Positions 1 through 7,597 of a stretch of 64,000 nucleotides of DNA are shown here, piece by piece. The number at the start of each line of letters is the position of its first letter. Within the stretch, counting starts at the first letter, position 1. Origin of the DNA: Anaeromyxobacteraceae bacterium (GTDB taxonomy: Bacteria; Myxococcota; Myxococcia; Myxococcales; Anaeromyxobacteraceae); assembly GCA_047602405.1 (NCBI GenBank), contig JASGHJ010000001.1:1984001-2048000 (forward strand), given 5' to 3'. The translations under genes and the position numbers were made by a program. The notes beneath the pieces were generated by a model. It had not been told where the DNA came from, made no database searches, and saw only the letters and a program-made list of their open reading frames with translations.

Positions 1-890
1 TGCTCGCCCGCGCCGGCGTCGGCACGCTGCGCATCGTGGACCGCGACGTCGTCGAGCTCTCGAACCTGCAGCGCCAGTCGCTCTTCTGCGAGGCGGACGC
101 CCGGGAGCCGCTCCCGAAGGCGGTCGCCGCCGCGCGCGCGATCGCCGCGTTCAACTCGGACGTCACCGTCGAGCCGTTCGTCGCGGACCTCGACGCCACG
201 AACGTGCTGCGCTTCCTCGACGGGATGGACCTCGTCGTCGACGGCTTCGACAACTTCGAGGGCCGCTACGTCCTCAACGACGCCTGCGCGAAGCGCGGGG
301 TGCCCTGGATCTACGGCGCCTGCGTCGCCTCGACGGCGATGGCCCAGCTCGTCGTGCCGGGCGCGACCCCCTGCCTGCGCTGCGGCCAGCGCGACGCGCC
401 GGAGCCGGGCACGGTCCAGACCTGCGACACGAGCGGCATCATCGGCCCGGCGGCGACGCTCGCCGCCTCGCTCCAGGTCGCGCTCGCGCTGCGCTGGCTC
501 GTGGAGCGGACGCCGCCGGCGCGCCCGTTCGTGATGGCCGCGGACGCATGGGAGCTCGAGGTGCAGCGGCTCGCGCTGCCGCCACGCGACCCGGAGTGCC
601 CGACCTGCGCGCACGGGCGCTACGACTTCCTGGAGGGCGAGGGCCTCGGCTCGACCTCGCTCTGCGGGAACGCCGTGCAGGTGCGGCCGCACGCGCCGCA
701 CCGGCCCGACTTCGAGGCCATCGCCGCGCGGGTGCGCGCCGTGGGCGAGGTGCACGTGAACCCGTACCTGCTCCGGCTCCGGGCGCCGCCGTACGAGCTC
801 ACGCTGTTCGACGACGGGCGCGCGATCGTGAAGGGCACCGTGGATCCGGCCGTGGCCCGCGGTCTCCTCGCCCGCTGGATCGGGGCGTGA
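1..890 (+). CDS. ThiF/MoeB-family adenylyltransferase (5' end outside window)
   Basis: LARAGVGTLRIVDRDVVELSNLQRQ motif, D-G-F-D-N, CLRC and CPTC zinc-binding pairs. Confidence 0.9.
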   Translation, partial: LARAGVGTLRIVDRDVVELSNLQRQSLFCEADAREPLPKAVAAARAIAAFNSDVTVEPFVADLDATNVLRFLDGMDLVVDGFDNFEGRYVLNDACAKRGVPWIYGACVASTAMAQLVVPGATPCLRCGQRDAPEPGTVQTCDTSGIIGPAATLAASLQVALALRWLVERTPPARPFVMAADAWELEVQRLALPPRDPECPTCAHGRYDFLEGEGLGSTSLCGNAVQVRPHAPHRPDFEAIAARVRAVGEVHVNPYLLRLRAPPYELTLFDDGRAIVKGTVDPAVARGLLARWIGA

Positions 891-988
891 TCGGGATCAG
901 CCTCCGCCGGTCCCGCGCGGAGGTCCGCTGCACCATGCCGCACTTCCCGCGCGTGGGGCCGCGACTACCATGCCCTCCGGGGGATGGC

Positions 989-1747
989 ATGAGCGACGGA
1001 AACGCGGGCGGGCGGGCGCACGAGGTCGGGGCGGCGGTCTTCGAGACGCTGTTCGACCGCGCCCTCGACCCGGTGCTCATCCTCGCGATGGACGGGTCCG
1101 TGGTCCGGGCCAACGCGGCGGCGGCGTACGCGCTCGGGTGGCGGCTCGGGGACCTCGTCGGCAAGCGCCGCGACGAGCTCGTCGTGATGGACGACCCGAT
1201 GCGCGACGCGATCGAGACCCGGCAGCGCACCGGCGCCGCCAGCGCCGAGGTCACCGTGCGCCGCGCCAACGGCACGACCTTCCCCGCCGAGATCCACTCC
1301 GCGGTGGTCAAGGAGGGGCCCGAGCCGCTCGCCTACGTGATGTTCCGCGACCTCACGGCCGAGCGGGTCGCCGCCCGGGCGCTCGTGGAGAGCGAGCAGC
1401 GCTTCCTCGCGGTCTTCGACCTGGCTCCGGTCGCGATGGCGATCTCGAAGATCCCCGAGACCACCTACGTCGCCGCGAACGACGCGTGGCGCGCGCTGTT
1501 CGAGGTGGGCGACGTCGACGTCGCGGGCAAGACCGGCGCCGACCTCGGGCTCGCCACGGAGGAAGAGTGGCTCCGGGCGCGGGACATCTTCCTGCGCTGG
1601 GGCTCCTTCCGCGGCCGCGAGGTGGTGCGCAGGACCCGCTCCGGCCGCGAGCTGCAGCTCCTCCTCGGGATGGAGCCGCTCTCGATCGGCGGCAAGCGGC
1701 ACGTGATCTCGTTCGTGCAGCCGGCGCCGGCCGACGCGGAGCGCTAG
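989..1747 (+). CDS. Tandem PAS-domain protein with no output domain
   Basis: Two PAS-like repeats (FETLFDRALDPVLIL..ANAAA..LGW; ESEQRFLAVFDLAPVAM..AANDAW); ATG at 989. Confidence 0.75.
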   Translation: MSDGNAGGRAHEVGAAVFETLFDRALDPVLILAMDGSVVRANAAAAYALGWRLGDLVGKRRDELVVMDDPMRDAIETRQRTGAASAEVTVRRANGTTFPAEIHSAVVKEGPEPLAYVMFRDLTAERVAARALVESEQRFLAVFDLAPVAMAISKIPETTYVAANDAWRALFEVGDVDVAGKTGADLGLATEEEWLRARDIFLRWGSFRGREVVRRTRSGRELQLLLGMEPLSIGGKRHVISFVQPAPADAER

Positions 1748-2346
1748 CGAAGCACCTCCGCCAGGAACGCCTGCACGTCCCGGAGCTCCTCGGGGCTGAC
1801 CTCGTGCCCCACGCCGCGGTACCGCCGCACCGTCACCTTCGCGCCCCACGCGCCGAGCAGGCGCGCGCTGTCCGGGGCGTAGTCCACCGGGATCCGCGGG
1901 TCGGCCTCGCCGTGCGCGACGAGCACCGGCGTCGACACCGCGCCCGCGACCGGGCTCGACGCCTCGGACACGCGGCCGGAGAGCATCACCAGCGCCGCCG
2001 GTGCGGGGCGGCGGTGCAGCGTGACCGAGGCCGCGACGATCGCGCCCTGCGAGAACCCGACGAGCACGAGCCGGTCGCCGCCGAGCTTCCGCCTCGCAAG
2101 CTCCGCGTCGATGTACCTCGACACCTCCTCGGCCGCGGCCTTCACGCGCAGCGGGCGGGTCTCCTCGGTGATGCCGGAGAGGCTGAACCACTGCCGCCCC
2201 CCGCCGCCGCCGTCGAAGGGGTGGAAGCCATCGGGGACGAGGAACTCCGCCTGCGGGAGCCCCTGCGCGAGCGCGCGCGCGAGCGGCTGGAACGAGGCCG
2301 CGTCGGCGCCGACGCCGTGGAGCAGGATGACGAGGTAGGTGGGCAC
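1744..2346 (-). CDS. Phospholipase/carboxylesterase (alpha/beta hydrolase)
   Basis: LLHGVG, GFSQG nucleophile, HGEADPRIP, GVGHE; GTG start at 2346 preferred. Confidence 0.9.
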   Translation of the reverse strand: MPTYLVILLHGVGADAASFQPLARALAQGLPQAEFLVPDGFHPFDGGGGGRQWFSLSGITEETRPLRVKAAAEEVSRYIDAELARRKLGGDRLVLVGFSQGAIVAASVTLHRRPAPAALVMLSGRVSEASSPVAGAVSTPVLVAHGEADPRIPVDYAPDSARLLGAWGAKVTVRRYRGVGHEVSPEELRDVQAFLAEVLR

Positions 2347-2643
2347 CCGAGGGGTGTAACGCGCAGCGCCGGGTGGCGCCCGGCCGCCGGGATGGATGGC
2401 GTTGTCTCCCGTCAAGCTCTCGCTGCCGCGAACCGGTTACGCTCCGAGCAAAGGAGAGCTCCTCATGCGGATCCGCCGTGCGGCCTGGCTCGCGTTCGTC
2501 GTCGCCTCCTCGTGCGCCCTCGGCGAAGGGCAGCCCGCCGTCGATGACGGTCACGGCGATCGCGTTCAGGAAGTAGGGCGTCGCAAGCTGCCCGGCGCTC
2601 CGCGGTCGCGCGCGCCTCGGGGAGGGGCGCCGTCGAGCCGCGC

Positions 2644-3882
2644 TCAGCGGCCCGAGCGTGTCCGCCGTCGCGGCGCGGGTCGTGACGGGAGGTCGTCGCC
2701 CGTGGGCGTCGCGAGCTCGCGCTCGAGGTCGTCGACGAGCGCGAACAGCTCGCGGGCTTCCCACGCACGGTTGCGCTTCGCGACCGTGATGGGGTGAAGG
2801 ACGCCGCGCTCGGCGAGCGCGTTGATGGCCTCGTTCACGGCCTGCTTGGAGCGGCCGAGGATGGACTGGGCCGTCGCGACCGTGACGACGGGGTGCGCGG
2901 GCAACGCCGCGATGAGGGCCTCGGCGCTCGAGTGCCGGCGCGGCCGGCCCGTCAGTTCGCGCCAGCGCTCCTGGAGTTCGGCCACGCGCAGCGCGAGCTC
3001 GCGCGCCTTCGCGGAGGCCCGCTCGAGCGCGCCGGCGAAGAGCAGGACCCACTCTGCCGCGCGGCCCTCCCGGAAGGCCGTGAGCCCCTCGATGTAGGCC
3101 CTGGCGTCGGCGGCCAGCACGAGGCTGACGGGCGGTACGTAGCGCGGCGCGAGACCTCGGCGGCGCAGGACGACGTGGATGAGGGCCCGGCCCACGCGGC
3201 CGTTTCCGTCGGCGAACGGGTGGATGGTCTCGAACTGCGCGTGAGCGATGGCAGCCTGGACGACGGGCGCGAGGTCCGTCCGCCCCATGAATGCGAGGAG
3301 GTCGTCCATGAGCGCCCTGACACGCTCCGGCGCGGGGGGGACGAAGTCGGCCCGTCCGGGGTTGAAGGCATTCCCGCCGATCCAGTTCTGGTGCACGCGG
3401 AGCTTGCCCGCGATGTCCGGCGTGGTCGTCGCGAGCATGAGGCGCCGATGGATCTCGAGGAGGTCGCCGAGCCGGAGCGAGCCTGCTTCCACGCCGAGGG
3501 CGACGGCGTGCTCCATCGCGACGACGTTGCCGAGGACGGAGCGGGCCGTCTCGTCCCGTGCGTCGGTTTCCTCCGCCTCGGCGCGCGCGAGGCGGCGCTG
3601 CGAAAGGACGAGCCCCTCGATGCGGGAGGAGGCGACCGACTCGGCCCGGAGCAGACGGCGCGCGAGCACCTCGAGGCTGGCGAGGCCCGGGGGGTCGCGG
3701 TCGAGCGCGGCGATGGCGCGCTCCGCGGCCGACACTGCGGCGGCGACCCCCGAGGGCAGCGCGAGCTGGAGCGGGTAGACGGGGTCCGGGACGAAGGCCT
3801 GGTAGCGGAACGCGCGCCGCTCCGCCCGGCCGCCGGGGGCGGAGGGATCGGCGGGCCATGAGCGGGTCTCGTACCGGGACAC
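2644..3882 (-). CDS. Fic-family protein with probable C-terminal HTH
   Basis: Canonical HPFADGNGRVGR Fic motif; ESVASSRIEG N-terminal motif. Confidence 0.93.
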   Translation of the reverse strand: MSRYETRSWPADPSAPGGRAERRAFRYQAFVPDPVYPLQLALPSGVAAAVSAAERAIAALDRDPPGLASLEVLARRLLRAESVASSRIEGLVLSQRRLARAEAEETDARDETARSVLGNVVAMEHAVALGVEAGSLRLGDLLEIHRRLMLATTTPDIAGKLRVHQNWIGGNAFNPGRADFVPPAPERVRALMDDLLAFMGRTDLAPVVQAAIAHAQFETIHPFADGNGRVGRALIHVVLRRRGLAPRYVPPVSLVLAADARAYIEGLTAFREGRAAEWVLLFAGALERASAKARELALRVAELQERWRELTGRPRRHSSAEALIAALPAHPVVTVATAQSILGRSKQAVNEAINALAERGVLHPITVAKRNRAWEARELFALVDDLERELATPTGDDLPSRPAPRRRTRSGR

Positions 3883-4115
3883 CCTGGGAACCTGGACCTT
3901 CGCGAATCATTAGTCAAGATTACCAAGCAAACCTTGATCAGCGAGAGACCCTGGTCAACCTTCCAGGACCGATGATCGGAGGGGAACGTGTCCGCAGGCG
4001 TCACGGCGAGCGTGAAGGTGAAGTGACGTCGGGGAGCGGTGAGAAGCCTGTCACGCGTCGGGCGCGGGGGCGCAAACGACGTTGCGCGTGCGGCCCGCGC
4101 GGGCTACCAGCCCGC

Positions 4116-4568
4116 ATGACCTGGCGCCCCGCACGACCGGACGAGGACGAGACCGTCGTCGCGATGTGCCTCGCGCTCAACCGCGAGGACCCAGGCACGC
4201 GGCCCGTCGAGGCGTCGCAGGTGCGGCGGACGCTCGCCGCGCTCCGGGCCGACCCGGTGCGAGGCCGGGCCGTCGTGCTCGAGGAGGACGGCGCCGCGCG
4301 GGGCTACGCGCTCCTCGTGTCGTTCTGGTCGAACGAGCTCGGCGGAGAGGTCTGCAACGTGGACGAACTGTGGGTCGCGCCCGAGGCGCGGGGCCGCGGC
4401 CAGGCCCACGCGCTCATCTCCGCGCTGCAGGCCGGCACCGGCCCGTGGCCGCGCGTGCCCGTCGCGATCGAGCTCGAGGTGAGCCCGGAGAACGCGCGTG
4501 CCCGTGCGCTGTACGAGAAGCTCGGCTTCGCGCCCCAGCGGAACGCGGGGATGAGGTGGAGGGGGTAG
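4116..4568 (+). CDS. GNAT-family N-acetyltransferase
   Basis: VDELWVAPEARGRGQA acetyl-CoA motif; NARARALYEKLGF. Confidence 0.9.
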   Translation: MTWRPARPDEDETVVAMCLALNREDPGTRPVEASQVRRTLAALRADPVRGRAVVLEEDGAARGYALLVSFWSNELGGEVCNVDELWVAPEARGRGQAHALISALQAGTGPWPRVPVAIELEVSPENARARALYEKLGFAPQRNAGMRWRG

Positions 4569-4592
4569 AAGCGTGGCACGACGGGGCGTACC

Positions 4593-5102
4593 GTGGTCCC
4601 GATGGACGATCCTCGACCCTTCGTGATCTGGAGCGTCTGTCCCGCCTGCAGCGGGGCGGGGCGAGCCCCGCCGGCGCCGCCATGCCACGCGTGCAAGGGT
4701 ACCGGTGCGAGCGAGTTCCTCCACGGTACGAAGGCGGACCTCGTGGCCGGCGACCTCGTGGAGCCGGGGCGCGGATCCAACTTCGGCACGCCGGGCCGCA
4801 TCGCGAACCACGCCTACTTCACGGGCACGCTCGACGCGGCGACCTGGGGCGCCGAGCTGGCGCGCGGCGAGGGCCCGGGCCGGATCTTCGTCGTCGAGCC
4901 CACCGGCCCGTTCGAGGACGATCCGAACGTCACCGACAAGAAGTTCCCCGGGAACCCCACGCGCTCCTACCGGTCGCGACGGCCCCTGCGCGTCGTCCGC
5001 GAGCTCACGGGCTGGCGCGGCCACGCGCCCGAGCAGGTCGCGGCCATGAAGGCCGCGGTCGAGGCGGCGATCCGGGCCGGAGACGCGGTCATCGACGACT
5101 GA
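4593..5102 (+). CDS. arr: NAD(+)-rifampin ADP-ribosyltransferase with N-terminal CxxCxGxG x2 extension
   Basis: FLHGTKADL..GDL, YFTGTLDAATWGAELA, VEPTGPFEDDPNVTDKKFPGNPTRSYRS are Arr hallmarks; start could be 4593 or 4602. Confidence 0.92.
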   Translation: MVPMDDPRPFVIWSVCPACSGAGRAPPAPPCHACKGTGASEFLHGTKADLVAGDLVEPGRGSNFGTPGRIANHAYFTGTLDAATWGAELARGEGPGRIFVVEPTGPFEDDPNVTDKKFPGNPTRSYRSRRPLRVVRELTGWRGHAPEQVAAMKAAVEAAIRAGDAVIDD

Positions 5103-5360
5103 CCGCGAGGGCTGGATGGCGCGAGCGCCTCGGTGAGGTGAGAGGTTCACTCGGAGGGTGGGTCGGCGGAGCCTCGGGGTTTTCTCCGGTGAAAGTGTTC
5201 GAGAATGGGTCGCACCGGGCTCGCACTGGCTTCGCGAGCGGCGGGAACTGCTATCAAAGGTGATAGCGACGGCCGCCGTGCTCGCAGGCCTCTACGGCCG
5301 CGGCTCGGCCGCATGCCGGAACGGGGACGGTTACGCGTGAGGCGCGGGGCCGCAAACGGG

Positions 5361-5472
5361 ATGGCGGAGACGGAGGCGCTCCCGGTGCTCGCCGCGGGGC
5401 CCGGAAAGTCGAAGGCCGGGATCCCGTTGAAGGATCCCGGCCTCCGGAGTGGCGGGGTGTAGGGGACTCGAA
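5361..5472 (-). repeat. Distal copy of 112-bp direct repeat (tRNA-Asp 3' 23 nt plus terminator and downstream flank); att-like site
   Basis: Aligns without gaps to 7171-7282 with about 7 mismatches; 5450-5472 equals the tRNA 3' end. Confidence 0.92.
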
Positions 5473-5633
5473 GGCGTCAGGCATCCAACCCTAACCGGCC
5501 GACGGCGCACACCATCGTGTCGGGAATGCCTGGGGCAGAGATGAATCCCGCGTTGCTCGAGTCTACGCGAGGTGACGCGAATCCACCGCCGGATACCGCG
5601 GCGGTGGAGAGCTGGCGGAGACGAGGTCGGGCT

Positions 5634-6332
5634 TCAACGCCCGGGTGCGGGCGCCTCACCGAACGCGGCCGCCACCTCCGTCGCGCTCCGGCGCAACGCC
5701 GCCTCCTTGGTGGCGCGCTCCGCGGGTCGCACGTAGACGAATCGGGCGAGGTCACGGGCGAGACCGACGAAGGCGTCCAGCTTCGGACGGTCGTGCTGTG
5801 GTTCGGCGTGAGCGAACTTCCAGCCGCCCGCGTCGCGAACACCGAGGTGGTAGGTCCCGCCATCCATGACGACCCAGCAGGGAGGGAGTGAGCTTGGCGC
5901 GGGCGCAGGCGTGCGGGTCGAGAGCACGGCCGACCAGGTGGCGAGGAGCTGTCTGCAAGTTTCCATCCCCAGCGGCGCGCGCAGGCTCTGGGCTTTCGGC
6001 AGCCGCGCTCCCTCCCTGACCGCGAGCCGGAAGCTGCCGCCCTGGATCCAGACCTTGACGACCTGGCAGGAGCCGCGGGCGCGCGTCAGGTAGACGCCAG
6101 CCTCGGGACCTCTACCAGGGAGGTCCGCGAGGTACAGGGTGTGTCCGCTTCGGGGAAGGAGAGCGCGCGCGAGCTGTCGTTCGAGCTCGTTCCCGGCGAA
6201 GGGTTGGGCATCCTGAATGAGCAGGTCGGGCGGCGGGTTGCTGCACGTCGCGGGACCCGCTCGAGCGACCGATGGCATCGCCGCCAGGCCGAGCAGCGCG
6301 GCGCAGAGGGTGCCGAGCGCGTTTCGGATCAT
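5634..6332 (-). CDS. Hypothetical exported protein
   Basis: Signal peptide MIRNALGTLCAALLGLAAMPSVARA; TACGCT -10-like box 7 nt before the ATG. Confidence 0.7.
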   Translation of the reverse strand: MIRNALGTLCAALLGLAAMPSVARAGPATCSNPPPDLLIQDAQPFAGNELERQLARALLPRSGHTLYLADLPGRGPEAGVYLTRARGSCQVVKVWIQGGSFRLAVREGARLPKAQSLRAPLGMETCRQLLATWSAVLSTRTPAPAPSSLPPCWVVMDGGTYHLGVRDAGGWKFAHAEPQHDRPKLDAFVGLARDLARFVYVRPAERATKEAALRRSATEVAAAFGEAPAPGR

Positions 6333-6458
6333 CACCAGGAGCGTATCGCGGATGAGGGGCCTACGATGCGAGTCGTGGTGCCCCACCCGTCCCCCACCCC
6401 TCCACCCCGGGTTTTTGCGGTTCACGCGTGGGCGGGGGGCCCCATCCCTGGATTCGGG

Positions 6459-7040
6459 TCACGTGGGATCGGCCGAGAGGTCCGGCATCGGGTTGTCCCT
6501 CGGGTGATCGTCCTCGACGTACCCGGACAGCAGGCGAATGAGATCGGTCGCAGGACTCGCGCCAGTAAGCGGGACGCACTTGCGCAGACAGTCGTAGGCG
6601 AAGCGGGCGGTCTCAGGTCCCACGCGGACCTCCACTTCCCAGGTCCAGCCGTCGATGAAGATGCCGCCCTCTTCGGCCGGCGGACCAAGACTTGCCACAC
6701 GCGAGGCGTCGTAGCGGGCGAGGATCTCGGCCAAGCCTCGCTCCGGGAGCTTCAAGCGCTTCGGGCGCCCGCGGGTCAGATTCTGGATGGCCTCGTCGCC
6801 CACCACGAGCAGGTACGAGAAGAGCCCGTCCACCTCGCCACGCAGGCTCGCGAGCACGACGCGCGTGCCAGGCTGGGGGTTGAGCTGCTCGAGGTAGCTC
6901 TCCAGGAACCGGTGCTTCTCGGCCTGGCTGCGGAACCTTGGTGGGCCATGAGCGCAGGCGAGACCGAGCAGGGCGACCACGGCGAGTTGGCGCAACCGGT
7001 TGCGACGCAACGTGGACGGCTGGCCGCTCGTGCAAAGCAT
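6459..7040 (-). CDS. Hypothetical lipoprotein
   Basis: RRNRLRQLAVVALLGLAC lipoprotein-like signal; start uncertain (7040 ATG or 7010 TTG). Confidence 0.62.
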   Translation of the reverse strand: MLCTSGQPSTLRRNRLRQLAVVALLGLACAHGPPRFRSQAEKHRFLESYLEQLNPQPGTRVVLASLRGEVDGLFSYLLVVGDEAIQNLTRGRPKRLKLPERGLAEILARYDASRVASLGPPAEEGGIFIDGWTWEVEVRVGPETARFAYDCLRKCVPLTGASPATDLIRLLSGYVEDDHPRDNPMPDLSADPT

Positions 7041-7170
7041 GAACGACGCCTTCACGGCAGCAGCGAGGGCGCAACGGGCACCTCGGGTGCTCGGCCCGAG
7101 GCTCCAGGTCGAGCTCAGGGAGGGCACCGTGGTCGCGCTGCCGCGCCTGGCAGCAACTCCTGGTGGAGCA

Positions 7171-7259
7171 ATGACGGAGACGGAGGCGCTCCCGGCGCTC
7201 GCCGCGGCGGCCGAAAAGTCGAAGGCCGGGATCCCGTTGAAGGATCCCGGCCCTCGGAG

Positions 7260-7282
<23 letters not shown>
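7171..7282 (-). repeat. tRNA-proximal copy of the 112-bp direct repeat
   Basis: Matches 5361-5472. Confidence 0.92.
7214..7252 (-). terminator. Rho-independent terminator of the tRNA-Val/Asp operon
   Basis: GGCCGGGATCC-7nt-GGATCCCGGCC stem followed on minus by TTCGACTTTT; duplicated at about 5404-5442. Confidence 0.75.
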
Positions 7283-7336
<54 letters not shown>

Positions 7337-7364
7337 AAGTCGGGAGACTGCGCTGCTTCAGCAC

Positions 7365-7439
7365 TGGTGGGCGGAACAGGTTTCGAACCTGTGACCCTCG
7401 CCTTGTAAGGGCGACGCTCTACCGCTGAGCTATCCGCCC
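7365..7439 (-). tRNA. tRNA-Val(TAC)
   Basis: GGGCGGATAGCTCAG...CTTACAA anticodon loop...GGTTCGAAACC...CCA. Confidence 0.97.
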
Positions 7440-7460
7440 AAGGCGGTGAAAGCGACGGGC

Positions 7461-7489
7461 GTTCTAGCTTGCGCGCGGCGCCATGTCAA
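7461..7489 (-). promoter_or_regulatory. Sigma70-type promoter of tRNA-Val/Asp
   Basis: TTGACA (7489-7484), 17 nt, TAGAAC on minus strand. Confidence 0.65.
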
Positions 7490-7597
7490 CGGACGCGATG
7501 CCCCTCAGGGACGGGGGGCGGGCGGGACCCAAGTCCCCACAGGTCCTGGGAAAGGCTTCTCTGGACCGAAGCCGGTGCCGATGCTAGACGCGCGCGC

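Noticed and set aside
2351..2358. GGGGTGTA match to the tRNA-Asp 3' region as a third att site
   Set aside because: Only 8 bp, and it coincides with the likely -10 region of the esterase gene.
4000..4600. Rifamycin-associated element-type inverted repeat upstream of arr
   Set aside because: No long inverted repeat is visible upstream of arr or the GNAT gene.
4116..7170. Integron cassette array (GNAT, arr, orphan ORFs)
   Set aside because: No convincing attC sites (RYYYAAC...GTTRRRY) between the genes and no intI.
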